In this document: positions 1-9,674 of the stretch, piece by piece
Layout: each line of letters opens with the position of its first letter
Numbering within the stretch: the stretch's first letter is position 1
Position numbers and translations under genes: made by a program
Assembly (NCBI GenBank): GCA_052279835.1
Contig: CP181291.1
Location: forward strand, 4,544,001-4,608,000
Direction of reading: 5' to 3'
DNA: 64,000 bases
From: Microcoleus sp.
GTDB taxonomy: Bacteria; Cyanobacteriota; Cyanobacteriia; Cyanobacteriales; Microcoleaceae
Notes under the pieces: generated by a model
Database searches by the model: none
The model's input: the letters and a program-made list of their open reading frames with translations, nothing else
Told to the model about the DNA's origin: nothing

Positions 1-6
1 AGCGGT

Positions 7-261
7 TTGAGCAGCCAGCACCACCAAAAGCAGGCTGCGGTGGTTGTTTCCCAGGATTCTTTGCTGGCGGCGAAGGAACGGGGTTATGTAACCGTTTTGC
101 AGCGGGAACCACAGAATCAGACGGCTCTGGAGGGGTTGGCTAATGTGCGGTTGGAGATGAATAATCGGGTAGGGGCGATCGAGCCTTTGGAGAAGTTGGT
201 GAAGTTGCATCCTGAGAGAGCTGATTATAAGCAGTTGTTGGGGCAGGCGAAGGGGAAGTAA
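7..261 (+). CDS. TPR-repeat protein, C-terminal part (gene starts before the window)
   Basis: RGYVTVLQREPQNQTALEGL and PLEKLVKLHPE resemble the TPR protein at 17211-18143. Confidence 0.7.
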   Translation: MSSQHHQKQAAVVVSQDSLLAAKERGYVTVLQREPQNQTALEGLANVRLEMNNRVGAIEPLEKLVKLHPERADYKQLLGQAKGK

Positions 262-321
262 GAAAGCAACCTGATAACTACCGGTCGATGTATTTATGAC
301 AATTATAAATAACAGTAAAAA

Positions 322-3306
322 GTGAGTTTTATGATTAACGTTCTGAAAAATTGGCAAGAAATCGGTGACGCAACTCTCAGTCTACAGCGCAAAGGTCTCC
401 CAACACACTCGGACACTCGGAAAAATTGGGACTTGTCCCTACTTTACCAAACTCTTGCCTCGGAAAATAGGAAGTCTCGAATTGTCGATCTTGGATGTAG
501 TCCCGGTTGTACTCTGGTTTTGTTGATTAGCCTTGGATTCACAAACCTATATGGCATAGATTTCGATCTAGAATTCATTGGAGGTAGAAATTTCCCAGCT
601 AATCTTTATAAGGGGGATCTTACAGATACCACTTTTGAGAGCGATTTTTTTGACGTAGCAATTAGTATTTCTGTGGTTGAACATGGCGTAGATTTAAAAG
701 ACTTATTTAAGGAAGTTAACAGAATTCTTAAAAACGATGGATTACTATTTTTGACGACTGATTATTGGGCAGAAAAACAGGACGTTGGGGAAATAAATCC
801 TCTGGGATTGCCCTGGAAAGTATTTTCGGAAGCAGATATACAAAAGTTAATTGACATAGCTCAAGATTATGGGTTTTGCTTAAACGAGGACATAAATATT
901 CCGAGCTGTTCAGAGCGGACTATTATTTGGCAAGGGATAGAATACACATTTATTGCTTTGATATTCAAAAAGAAAGAAACAGTTTATCAAAAAAGCCTAG
1001 ATAAAGTTGACGAAAGTGTATCTTTAGTTGAAGGTTCAATCGGATTAACCGAAACAGAAAGTCTTGCTGATAGAGCAACAAAATCTCTCTTGTCTACCGT
1101 TCGATTGTCCTGTGAAAACTATCATAAAAATCTCGATGAAAATTCTGCACTACAAGATTTGCGTTTGACTAGGAAAAAAGTTGCAGATTCTTGGCTGAAT
1201 TTAGCAGAAGGTGAACTTGAAAGCGCTTACTTGGAAGAATTGGGAGAAGCGCATCGAATCTTGATGAAGAGCGGGATTAAAAATGAACAATTTACAGATA
1301 CAGAACAGAGGTTTGTATATGAGTTAGCAGCAGAGGTTTCCAAAGGATTTGATACTCCGAAAGCTATCGCTTACTTGCTAGCAGCTATGCTGTATCGGTC
1401 TGCTGCTCAGTTACCGTTGCAGCATGATATTCTGCGGATTCCCCAATGGTTGCTCAATAACTATCTGACATTCATGTTTGAGTCTCCAGCTTTATTTCAG
1501 GAAGTTGGAGACGCAGATAGTTACTACCACTACGCAACAAAATGGGTAGATTACCTCCACGAGAACATTTTCAGCAACCAAGAATCACAAATCTGGCAGA
1601 ATGTGGCTGTTTGTTTTTATCAAAATGCTAACTTCATTCCGGTTTACTTTAATAATCAGAATCTGAAAAATATCTGTAAAAAGCGTGCTGAGATACTGGA
1701 ATTTGTTTTACAAATTGGTGGACACCAAATTGATTGGGATTTTCCTGAGAGGTTGCCCGAAAGAAACAAGATTCGTCTAGGAATTTTGGCAGCCCATTTT
1801 CAGCCACAGACAGAAACTTTTGCCACATTGCCCGTCTACAAGCACCTAAATAGAGATTTATTTGAAATTATTCTCTACACGGTACAGGCAGGGAATCATC
1901 GACTAGAGCGATACTGCGGTGGTCACGCTGATGCTATGGTTTTGCTGCCACAAGATTTGCCGAGTCAAGTTCAAACTATTCGGGATGGAGACCTTGATGT
2001 TATTCTGATTGCCACCAACGTTACAGCAGGGGCTAATTCCATAGCCTTGCTGGCTTTGCATCGGCTGGCGCGGATACAGATTGCTAATGTGTGTTCCTGC
2101 ATCACAACTGGGATGCGTCATGTAGATTACTATGTTTCAGGCTTATTTAGTGAGCCAGAAAATGATGCTCAGCAGCATTATACTGAGACTCTACTTACAT
2201 TAGATGGGTCGGCTCACTGTTATGATTTTGCGACAGAGGAACAGCTTGCAGCTACCATCAGCGTTAATAGAGAAAATTTAGGGATTGCTGAAGATGCTGT
2301 AGTTTATATTTCTGGTTCTAATTTTTACAAAATTACTCCTGAAGTGGAAGCAGTTTGGACAAAGATAGTTGCTAGTACACCTAACTCAAAGTTGGTTCTT
2401 TATCCATTTAATCCTAACTGGTCTTCAAATTATGCAGTTGCAGCTTTTCGGAAGCGTTTAGCTGCTAGTTTTGCCCAGTATGGTTTGAGCCAAGAGCAGT
2501 TAATCATTCTTGATTGTGTGCCGAACCGCGCTGATGTACTACAACGTTTGAAACTGGGTGATGTTTATTTAGATTCTTATCCATTTGCTGGTGCAACATC
2601 GTTGCTAGATCCCTTAATGATTGGTCTGCCAACAGTTGCTATGGGAGGCAGCACTTTTAGGTCTAGGGTAGGATTGGCGCTGTTGAAAGAACTGCAACTG
2701 GATGAGTCGATCGCAGAAAATGAAGAGTCATATATCGAGTTGGCGATCGCACTTGGGACAAATCGTGAATTGCGCCAACAAAATAGCAATTTAATCCAGC
2801 AGCGAATGCAGAGTAATCCGAAATTTTTAGACAGCCGTACTTACTCGGCTCAAATGGGAACTCTGTTTCAACAAGTATTCCGATCGCAACAAGCAACTGT
2901 TTTGACTGAAAACCTTAACTTAAGAGCGATCAACCTGATTATTTTCCCAGATTGGAGTCAATCGGAAGATACTTTATTTCAAGAGTTGACGAAGGCGATC
3001 GGGGCGATCGCAAATCACTCAGACAAAAGTAAGATGACTTTGCTGGTAGACACGAGCAATATTTCTGAGGAAGATGCCAATCTCGCTTTGTCTGGCGTAG
3101 CGATGAATCTTTTGATAGAACAAGATTTAGATGTTTCTGATGGGCCGGAAATTACACTTCTGGGACAATTGAGCGAAATTCAGCGGGAAATACTCATCTC
3201 TCGCCTGCAAGGTAGAATTGTGTTAGAGAATGAGAATAGAGATGCGATTGCTCAGGCAAAAGCGGAGAACATAGCCTTATTTGAATTAGACAGCTTAAAA
3301 ATATAA
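322..3306 (+). CDS. SAM-dependent methyltransferase fused to a SPINDLY/OGT-like (GT41) glycosyltransferase with a C-terminal NLIIFPDW module
   Basis: N-terminal IVDLGCSPG SAM motif; GT41-like segments KIRLGIL, TTGMRHVDYY, NFYKITP, DVYLDSYPFAGATS; 994 aa. Confidence 0.8.
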   Translation: MSFMINVLKNWQEIGDATLSLQRKGLPTHSDTRKNWDLSLLYQTLASENRKSRIVDLGCSPGCTLVLLISLGFTNLYGIDFDLEFIGGRNFPANLYKGDLTDTTFESDFFDVAISISVVEHGVDLKDLFKEVNRILKNDGLLFLTTDYWAEKQDVGEINPLGLPWKVFSEADIQKLIDIAQDYGFCLNEDINIPSCSERTIIWQGIEYTFIALIFKKKETVYQKSLDKVDESVSLVEGSIGLTETESLADRATKSLLSTVRLSCENYHKNLDENSALQDLRLTRKKVADSWLNLAEGELESAYLEELGEAHRILMKSGIKNEQFTDTEQRFVYELAAEVSKGFDTPKAIAYLLAAMLYRSAAQLPLQHDILRIPQWLLNNYLTFMFESPALFQEVGDADSYYHYATKWVDYLHENIFSNQESQIWQNVAVCFYQNANFIPVYFNNQNLKNICKKRAEILEFVLQIGGHQIDWDFPERLPERNKIRLGILAAHFQPQTETFATLPVYKHLNRDLFEIILYTVQAGNHRLERYCGGHADAMVLLPQDLPSQVQTIRDGDLDVILIATNVTAGANSIALLALHRLARIQIANVCSCITTGMRHVDYYVSGLFSEPENDAQQHYTETLLTLDGSAHCYDFATEEQLAATISVNRENLGIAEDAVVYISGSNFYKITPEVEAVWTKIVASTPNSKLVLYPFNPNWSSNYAVAAFRKRLAASFAQYGLSQEQLIILDCVPNRADVLQRLKLGDVYLDSYPFAGATSLLDPLMIGLPTVAMGGSTFRSRVGLALLKELQLDESIAENEESYIELAIALGTNRELRQQNSNLIQQRMQSNPKFLDSRTYSAQMGTLFQQVFRSQQATVLTENLNLRAINLIIFPDWSQSEDTLFQELTKAIGAIANHSDKSKMTLLVDTSNISEEDANLALSGVAMNLLIEQDLDVSDGPEITLLGQLSEIQREILISRLQGRIVLENENRDAIAQAKAENIALFELDSLKI

Positions 3307-3366
3307 AATTTAATCCTCTGTTTCCGGTGACATCGCATTTAATTCCAGTTCAACTACTCAAATGTG

Positions 3367-3391
3367 TTTGTGCAACACCTTGTTGCACAAA
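3367..3391. terminator. Perfect 11-bp inverted repeat between convergent genes (possible bidirectional terminator)
   Basis: tttgtgcaaca-cct-tgttgcacaaa. Confidence 0.45.
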
Positions 3392-3494
3392 TTATTTATC
3401 AGAGTATGCTTTAAAGTATAATATACGCAAGATTGGCTTATAGCAATTCCGAAATCTTGAATTCATACCTGTATTCAGCAATGCCCAGGGAAAA

Positions 3495-3926
3495 TTAGAG
3501 TGATTGATAATTAATAACCGTTAAAAACTGATCGACGGTTAAAATTGGGCAATAAAATTTATCTGAAAGGCACAGTAAATCACCATCACCTGTCACCAAA
3601 TAATTAGCCTGACCGACAACAGCTAACAACAAAAAAGGGATATCAAAAGGATCTCGACATTCAGGAACTACAGGCAAAATATCTGGCATCAGCACAGTAT
3701 CACAAAAAGGCAGATAGTCTGACAGTAAATCTTCCTGCTCAGAGTTTGTGAGTTTGAACTTTGGGTAAGTAAGCACCCGAACTAACTCAGAGATAGTAAC
3801 TTCAGAAGCTAAAGGAATAAAGCGATTATTCTGCCATGCAAAGCGCAATCTGGACAGTCGGCCCCCAAACACTAAAGCTGACAACACTAAATTTGTATCA
3901 ATTACCACTCGTGGATGCTCAATCAT
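3495..3926 (-). CDS. PIN-domain (VapC-like) toxin
   Basis: RVVIDTNLVLSAL, CRDPFD, LVTGDGDLL; ATG overlaps the antitoxin stop (TGATG). Confidence 0.85.
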   Translation of the reverse strand: MIEHPRVVIDTNLVLSALVFGGRLSRLRFAWQNNRFIPLASEVTISELVRVLTYPKFKLTNSEQEDLLSDYLPFCDTVLMPDILPVVPECRDPFDIPFLLLAVVGQANYLVTGDGDLLCLSDKFYCPILTVDQFLTVINYQSL

Positions 3927-4144
3927 CACTGACGCGCCCACTCCACAGCATCAGTAATATCCTGTTCATTCACATTTAACGCTCCTAACTTAGCCCGTAC
4001 AGAATCAGCCCCTTTAATCTTTACTGGAGTCAGAATAATTTGTCCACCTTCTACCTTAACCTCAAAATATTCAGCAGCCCCTATAGCTTGAGCTATACTT
4101 TTAGGTAGAGTAAGCTGATTTTCAGCCGTTAATTTGGCAAGCAT
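3926..4144 (-). CDS. AbrB/MazE/SpoVT-family antitoxin
   Basis: AKLTAENQLTLPKSI...GQIILTP; translationally coupled to the PIN gene. Confidence 0.85.
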   Translation of the reverse strand: MLAKLTAENQLTLPKSIAQAIGAAEYFEVKVEGGQIILTPVKIKGADSVRAKLGALNVNEQDITDAVEWARQ

Positions 4145-4276
4145 AGCAAACTTTCCTATTTAGTTGTGTAAGCTTTGCTTAGTTTAACATATCCTAAATC
4201 ATTCATAGAGATTTGTAGGGGTAGTGCCCCCGTGCCTGCCCCCACATCAATCTGGGGGATTGCCCCTACCTTGTAC

Positions 4277-6514
4277 TTAATGGTTTGATTGGTCAATATA
4301 TATCTGCCACATCTGCTCGTATGCTTTCTCCAACTCCCGCGTAAATTGCTTGCCATTCCAGAGCGGAGCAGTCTGCCGTGACTGCCGCAGTTTCCAGGAT
4401 ATTTGCTGCCGCAAAACTGGATCTTTCCCTAAACGAATTCCCCATTCTACATACTCTTCATCCGTCCACGCAATCCCTTCGGAAATACCAGCATTCATCA
4501 TCATCGTGTAGCTGTTGCGAGCGGCAAACTGTTCTCCAACTCGCGTTACCAGAGGAACACCCATCCACAGCGTTTCCATTGTTGTGGTGGCTCCGTTGTA
4601 GGGGTAAGTATCGAGTACCACATCTGCAATGCCCAAATTAGCTCGGTGTTCGGCCTCCGAGCCAGCCAATCCTAAAAATCGTAGTCGATCGGCTCCCACT
4701 CCCTCTGATTCGGCAACTTCGAGAAAAAACTTTTTGAGTGATTCTTGATCCGCCATACCTTTAATTAAAAAGTAACTATTCGGTACTTCTTTAATTATTT
4801 GCATTTGCAGCCGTGCAGTATTGGGGTGATATTTATATCCCCTCTGAGCGCTAAGATAAATCACAGCATCACTGCCGATATCCAAACTATCGCGCCGGAG
4901 AGTTGGCACCCCAACCTCAAAACCATCGACTGCTATGTAAGCTTGAGGCAAACGCCAGATTTTTTCCGTATAGTAGTCTTGAGCTGATTCTGGTAAAACG
5001 TAAGGATCGGCAATATAGTAATCAATAGTTGGCACACTCGACGCATCCCAACCCAACCAAGTCACCTGAACAGGTGCTGGTTTAAGGGCCATAACTTCAC
5101 AAGAATTACTCAGCGTTATACTATCGAGATCGACTAAAATATCTATTTCATCTTCGTAAATTTTCTCAGCAGTGTCGTGAGTATCTAATCCTAACTTATA
5201 AGCTTTGTCAACTTTGCTAATGTACCAATCTTCTAACTTGTCGCGGCTCATTTCAGAGCCAAGCAGGTAAGCATTTACTTCAAAGCGATCGCGATCGCGG
5301 TACTCAAACACCCACCGAGCCAACCACCCCACAGAATGGCTGCGTAAGCAATGAGACAGATATCCAATCTTCAAACGTTTACTAGGAGGATCAATCTTGA
5401 GAAGCGGCGATCGCCCCTGGCGATATTTCTCCACTTTCTCCTTGGCATAATTTTCAAGATTTAACTGAGTAAGCTGACCTATTTGACTGCGAGTTTTTAT
5501 ATTTTCTTGTGGGATATCCTGAAAGTATGGGAAAAAAAACACAGAAACAAATAAACGAATATTAATACCCTGCATCAGGGATGTCGGTTGCTCCTCTATC
5601 AAAGATGCTAACAGGGATTTCTGTGTTTCTAAGGCTAAACAAAATTCATCCCAATAGCCACCAGCTCCCATCAAACTCCGCATTATTATAAAATTAGCAT
5701 GAACTTTTTGTGCTAAGCCTTCCGTAGCTAAATAGCATAACTTAGCAGTTTCTATTCCTTTGGTATACTCACTACTATCTTGATAAAAAGTAGATAAAGT
5801 ACCTAGTAATTCTGGATCTTCAGGAGACACACGCAAGGCTAACTCTGTGAAGCGTGCTGCTAACTCAACTTGCTTTGCCAAGTAAGAAATCTTATAAACA
5901 AAGGGTATTAACAGCCTCAAAAAAGTTACGGAGTCTTTAACATGGGCTGTACTAGCTTCCGTAAAATCAAAAGATGACGGATAAAAAGGAGCTCTGTCTA
6001 AAACATTCTTCAATACTTGTATCAATAGCTCAAAGTCTACCCCATTCGTTTGTTCTGACTTAAGCAACTCAATCACGCCTATATCTGCCAATTCCTCCCC
6101 AGTATATGTCTCCAGCATGGTGGACAGCCCGATCAAATGCAACAGGTTGTTGATATCTGTAGGATTAATTTCCCTTATATGCTGCCGAATTGCCCAAGCC
6201 ACCTCATAGTCGCCCAGATCCCGCTGTCTATCCGCCTCTGTTTGCAGAACCTGTATTAGTTCCTGACTCCACCGCTCTATTTCTTCCGATTCCCCCTCCG
6301 CCAATCCCAACAGCCAGGTGGTCTGAGCTTCAACCTCTTGTCCCTGCAATAGCAACATCAACCCTAATTGCCAGTAGTGGGACTTGACACTTGGTTCATC
6401 TTCAATTGCTTGTTCGTAGAGCTTTGCAGCCTGAACATAATTTCCTTTAAGCAACAATTGATCGGTTTTTTGCTGCCAGTCTGATTCTACAACCGATAAA
6501 TCACTAGAAACCAT
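4277..6514 (-). CDS. SPINDLY/O-GlcNAc-transferase family (GT41) glycosyltransferase with N-terminal TPR-like region (OgtA-like)
   Basis: LKIGYLSHCLRSHSVGW, KPAPVQVTWLG, LDTYPYNGATTTMETLWMGVP; directly downstream of the pilin. Confidence 0.88.
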   Translation of the reverse strand: MVSSDLSVVESDWQQKTDQLLLKGNYVQAAKLYEQAIEDEPSVKSHYWQLGLMLLLQGQEVEAQTTWLLGLAEGESEEIERWSQELIQVLQTEADRQRDLGDYEVAWAIRQHIREINPTDINNLLHLIGLSTMLETYTGEELADIGVIELLKSEQTNGVDFELLIQVLKNVLDRAPFYPSSFDFTEASTAHVKDSVTFLRLLIPFVYKISYLAKQVELAARFTELALRVSPEDPELLGTLSTFYQDSSEYTKGIETAKLCYLATEGLAQKVHANFIIMRSLMGAGGYWDEFCLALETQKSLLASLIEEQPTSLMQGINIRLFVSVFFFPYFQDIPQENIKTRSQIGQLTQLNLENYAKEKVEKYRQGRSPLLKIDPPSKRLKIGYLSHCLRSHSVGWLARWVFEYRDRDRFEVNAYLLGSEMSRDKLEDWYISKVDKAYKLGLDTHDTAEKIYEDEIDILVDLDSITLSNSCEVMALKPAPVQVTWLGWDASSVPTIDYYIADPYVLPESAQDYYTEKIWRLPQAYIAVDGFEVGVPTLRRDSLDIGSDAVIYLSAQRGYKYHPNTARLQMQIIKEVPNSYFLIKGMADQESLKKFFLEVAESEGVGADRLRFLGLAGSEAEHRANLGIADVVLDTYPYNGATTTMETLWMGVPLVTRVGEQFAARNSYTMMMNAGISEGIAWTDEEYVEWGIRLGKDPVLRQQISWKLRQSRQTAPLWNGKQFTRELEKAYEQMWQIYIDQSNH

Positions 6515-6617
6515 AGACCAACTTGTTCAAAGCAGTTTTTATAAAATAGATAAGAACGGGTAGCACACAGAGTCCTACCCGCTCCCGTTAAGAAACAATA
6601 CTTGTTAGGCTAGCCAA

Positions 6618-7136
6618 TTACTTGACAACTTGTGTCATGCCTGTTCCTCCACAGGCGACTTCTGTCGCACCATAAGTAACTGCAGTAGGAACACCAACAC
6701 CAGTAGTCTCGCAAAGTATGCTTTGCGTGGTTTTTGCCTCTCCTGCATCAACTAAACCTACTCCCCCGGCATATCCTTTGAGAGCCTGAATATTAGTGGG
6801 GCCTGCAAGGGCGTCCGCTGAGGATCCGGTAGTTGCTAGACTGTAGGTATAGTTAGTGGTTGCAGTTTTGAGACCGAGACCCAAAGCGGCAACGTCAGAT
6901 CCAAACTTAGTATTCTCTGCGTAGTAAGCCTGCTGACCTTTGTTCATTGAACTGATATACTGTTTGCCTTCAGACTGCTTGGCTTTGTTTGCTTGGTTCA
7001 GGAAGGCTGGCAAAGCAATAGCAGAAAGAATACCGATGATGATGATAACAACCAGTAGTTCAATCAGTGTGAAACCCTGATCCTGTCTTCTTTTGTTGAT
7101 GTGTTGCAGGAACTTGGCTTTAAATTCAGTCTTCAT
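6618..7136 (-). CDS. pilA: Type IV major pilin
   Basis: Basic leader followed by prepilin cleavage site G|FTLIELLVVIIIIGILSAIALP; RBS AGGAG; hairpin downstream at ~6555-6582. Confidence 0.85.
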   Translation of the reverse strand: MKTEFKAKFLQHINKRRQDQGFTLIELLVVIIIIGILSAIALPAFLNQANKAKQSEGKQYISSMNKGQQAYYAENTKFGSDVAALGLGLKTATTNYTYSLATTGSSADALAGPTNIQALKGYAGGVGLVDAGEAKTTQSILCETTGVGVPTAVTYGATEVACGGTGMTQVVK

Positions 7137-7189
7137 AAGTCTTTTCTCCTTGAGGGGTGGGATGCTCGTTTTCTAACTCTTAGATGTAA

Positions 7190-7196
7190 CTTACCC
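7190..7196 (-). promoter_or_regulatory. Putative SigF-type promoter element GGGTAAG upstream of pilA
   Basis: GGGTAAG about 55 nt upstream of the pilin ATG; matches the motif known for cyanobacterial pilA promoters. Confidence 0.5.
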
Positions 7197-7250
7197 AGTT
7201 AGTGGCGCTTTAATATCACCCCAAATCATTTTTTTTGTCAACTCCTGGCT

Positions 7251-8576
7251 CTAAGGCTCCAAAAGCACATATAGAAAGACTTCTAGCCTAGTCAACAGTT
7301 CCTTGACTTCCTCAAAGGCAGTCTGCTCGCTAACAGGCTCTAGGTTAGCAGCCATCTGGGAGCGGATTTGGAGCCACTGTTCCACGAGGGACACCGCAGA
7401 CTGCGGCCCCTCCCACAGAGGTAGCAAACAAGCCGCCATTGTACTATTGAGTGCCACTGGCGCTAGAGTTGGCACAATAATATAACGGCTAATCTCAAAC
7501 GGCGTCTGGCTGTCAATGCAATTACTCAAGTCTTCCCTCACCTGGGAAGTCCTCAGTTGAGGGTGCAGGTGTACCCGTGCTTCCCGCCAGTCGGCCTCCG
7601 TCCATTCCGCCACGGGCACAAAAGCCTGAGTTCGATTTGGATTGCCGCACCAGAAATCAAACAAACGGTGCAGGGGATGTAACAAGTCAAATAAATGCAG
7701 CCGCTCTTCCACAGAAGCTTCTGGCAGACTCATCGCCAAAAACGGAGGCAAATCATCTGGATTTTTGAACAAATCCATCAACTCCCACCTGCGCCAAGCC
7801 ACCATACTAATAAACTCTAAATCAGCACCTCTCAACATAGCAAACACTTCAGGAATGCTACAACCTTTATCACCCACCAATAAATAGTTAGACATAATCC
7901 ATCCCTCATCCTGCGCGCGATCGGAGTTCCAGGTGAATGCCTTAAGCCCTACTTCATCTTGTAATGCTTCCATAGTCTCCCGGACTATTTCTATTTCCAA
8001 TTCTCCTGGAGATCCATCCATTAATCCCATTGCTTTGAAAACAGCTTGAGCGCGAAATACTCCGGCTCTACCATTTGCACTGTGTAGGTTTGTGCGGATG
8101 ATGCCATCTGGTGTCAAAACTGACTTCATCGCCTGCAATCCAGCAATAGCATCTGGCAAAAGATATAGAACTTCGTCAGCATTGATATAGTCAAACTTTA
8201 ACCCTAAATTTGGTAAATCTTCTATCTTCAAAGCATAAAAATCTGCATTAGCAACCCCATGATATTGCAAACGTTGCTCGGCTAGTTTCACAGATTCTGC
8301 TGATAAATCGATGCCTACTATTTTCGCTCCCGGATTGGCTAGAGCTAACATTAACGATTTATAACCGGTGCCGCATCCCGCATCGAGGATGAGTTTACCA
8401 GAGGTATTGATGACTTTTCTATTTCTGAAGTAGTAAGCAGTTACAAGATTATGCAGGTAGAGCAATTCACTGTTGTCTTTTGGAGATTCTTCCAGCGGAA
8501 TTCTGGGAAAAGGAGTATTGTCGAATTGCTGGCGAATGTTTTCTATTAACTCTAAATTTTCGTGATCCATGTTCAA
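7251..8576 (-). CDS. Class I SAM-dependent methyltransferase upstream of the pilin
   Basis: ILDAGCGTG, IVGIDLS, FDYINADEVLY; 441 aa. Confidence 0.85.
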   Translation of the reverse strand: MNMDHENLELIENIRQQFDNTPFPRIPLEESPKDNSELLYLHNLVTAYYFRNRKVINTSGKLILDAGCGTGYKSLMLALANPGAKIVGIDLSAESVKLAEQRLQYHGVANADFYALKIEDLPNLGLKFDYINADEVLYLLPDAIAGLQAMKSVLTPDGIIRTNLHSANGRAGVFRAQAVFKAMGLMDGSPGELEIEIVRETMEALQDEVGLKAFTWNSDRAQDEGWIMSNYLLVGDKGCSIPEVFAMLRGADLEFISMVAWRRWELMDLFKNPDDLPPFLAMSLPEASVEERLHLFDLLHPLHRLFDFWCGNPNRTQAFVPVAEWTEADWREARVHLHPQLRTSQVREDLSNCIDSQTPFEISRYIIVPTLAPVALNSTMAACLLPLWEGPQSAVSLVEQWLQIRSQMAANLEPVSEQTAFEEVKELLTRLEVFLYVLLEP

Positions 8577-8737
8577 TTATGCTTAATGCTGGCAAATTAT
8601 TCTAGTATCTCAGAAAATATGCGATGTTCCGCCAAGCCGCAACACATAGCAGATTCCAGGTTTATGAAGTACACCGCGCGATCCGCCGTAGGGACACCGC
8701 ACCGTGCCTATTGGTGTCAAATTAAGGTACAACTCAT

Positions 8738-8861
8738 AGTCCGGCAAGGGTTGAAACCCCTGCCTCAAAGCGCAAGTCCTCTCAAAGAGGACTGAAAAAC
8801 TCATTAGTCCTCTTTGAGAGGACTTTAGCTATTAGACAGGGGTTTCAACCCCTGACGGACT
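8738..8861. repeat. Long palindromic MITE/REP-like element
   Basis: 28-bp outer inverted repeat (25/28) and perfect 20-bp inner inverted repeat aagtcctctcaaagaggact. Confidence 0.8.
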
Positions 8862-8935
8862 CGCGGGCACATAGACAGATTTGGCGGACTGACAGCTTAA
8901 TACGACTCATTTAGGATCGCTCTCCTCCACAAACT

Positions 8936-9613
8936 TTACAATCTTGCCCTCAATTCATCAGCGGATAACTGTGGCATTTCTTCTACCAACACAGTCAATT
9001 CTACCAGGGGCAATTCTAGTAAATTTCTCACTGCCGTAGCGAGAATATCTGCTGATTCATTGAAGTACCTTCTCAATACATATTCCGCCAACAATTTCAC
9101 CGCTTGTTCCTGTCCTGCTTCATCGACACTCAGCATCGATATCGCCAGCAACATCCGAGTAAATTCCGTCGCCGATAACTTGGATAGAGGGGTTAAAAAA
9201 ACGCTCATTTTGGGACTTAACTCTCCGAATTTTCCCGGCAGAAAATCTGATAAAATTAAGCGTTGCTGTTCTTGTCTGCCTCGTTCCAGCCCTTGTTCCA
9301 GCCCTCGTTCTAGCCCTCGTTCTAGCCCTCGTTCTAGCCCTTCTTCCCTAGCTTGTTGCTGTGCTGCTTGTATTTGTTGTTGAAAAAGTGGTGTAATGGC
9401 CATAATTAACTCCCGCTCTTCTGATTCTAATTCTTGTGGGATATCGGTTACTAAATTTGACTGCAACCTATATAATAACTCTAAGGCAGTGAAATAGACA
9501 TCGATTTCTCGGACTTCCGAAGTCACATCACGACTGATATTGACTGTACCGATGGGAGAGAGCATTTCTTCCAGGTATTCTTTGGCAAAGCGATCGTGAA
9601 TGAATCGCGTCAT
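8936..9613 (-). CDS. Rpn/DUF4351-like ('flagellar assembly protein H'-annotated) protein, apparently internally deleted
   Basis: MTRFIHDRFAKEYLEE...EVREIDVYF N-terminus joined directly to the helical C-terminal part with GLER repeats. Confidence 0.6.
   Translation of the reverse strand: MTRFIHDRFAKEYLEEMLSPIGTVNISRDVTSEVREIDVYFTALELLYRLQSNLVTDIPQELESEERELIMAITPLFQQQIQAAQQQAREEGLERGLERGLERGLEQGLERGRQEQQRLILSDFLPGKFGELSPKMSVFLTPLSKLSATEFTRMLLAISMLSVDEAGQEQAVKLLAEYVLRRYFNESADILATAVRNLLELPLVELTVLVEEMPQLSADELRARL
9278..9341 (-). repeat. In-frame 12-bp tandem repeat (~5 copies, GLER)
   Basis: tctagccctcgt-type units. Confidence 0.85.
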
Positions 9614-9674
9614 GGAATTTATGATGGATTTTTATCACTGCATTTTATCATCATTTAATTGCTGTGCGATCGCC

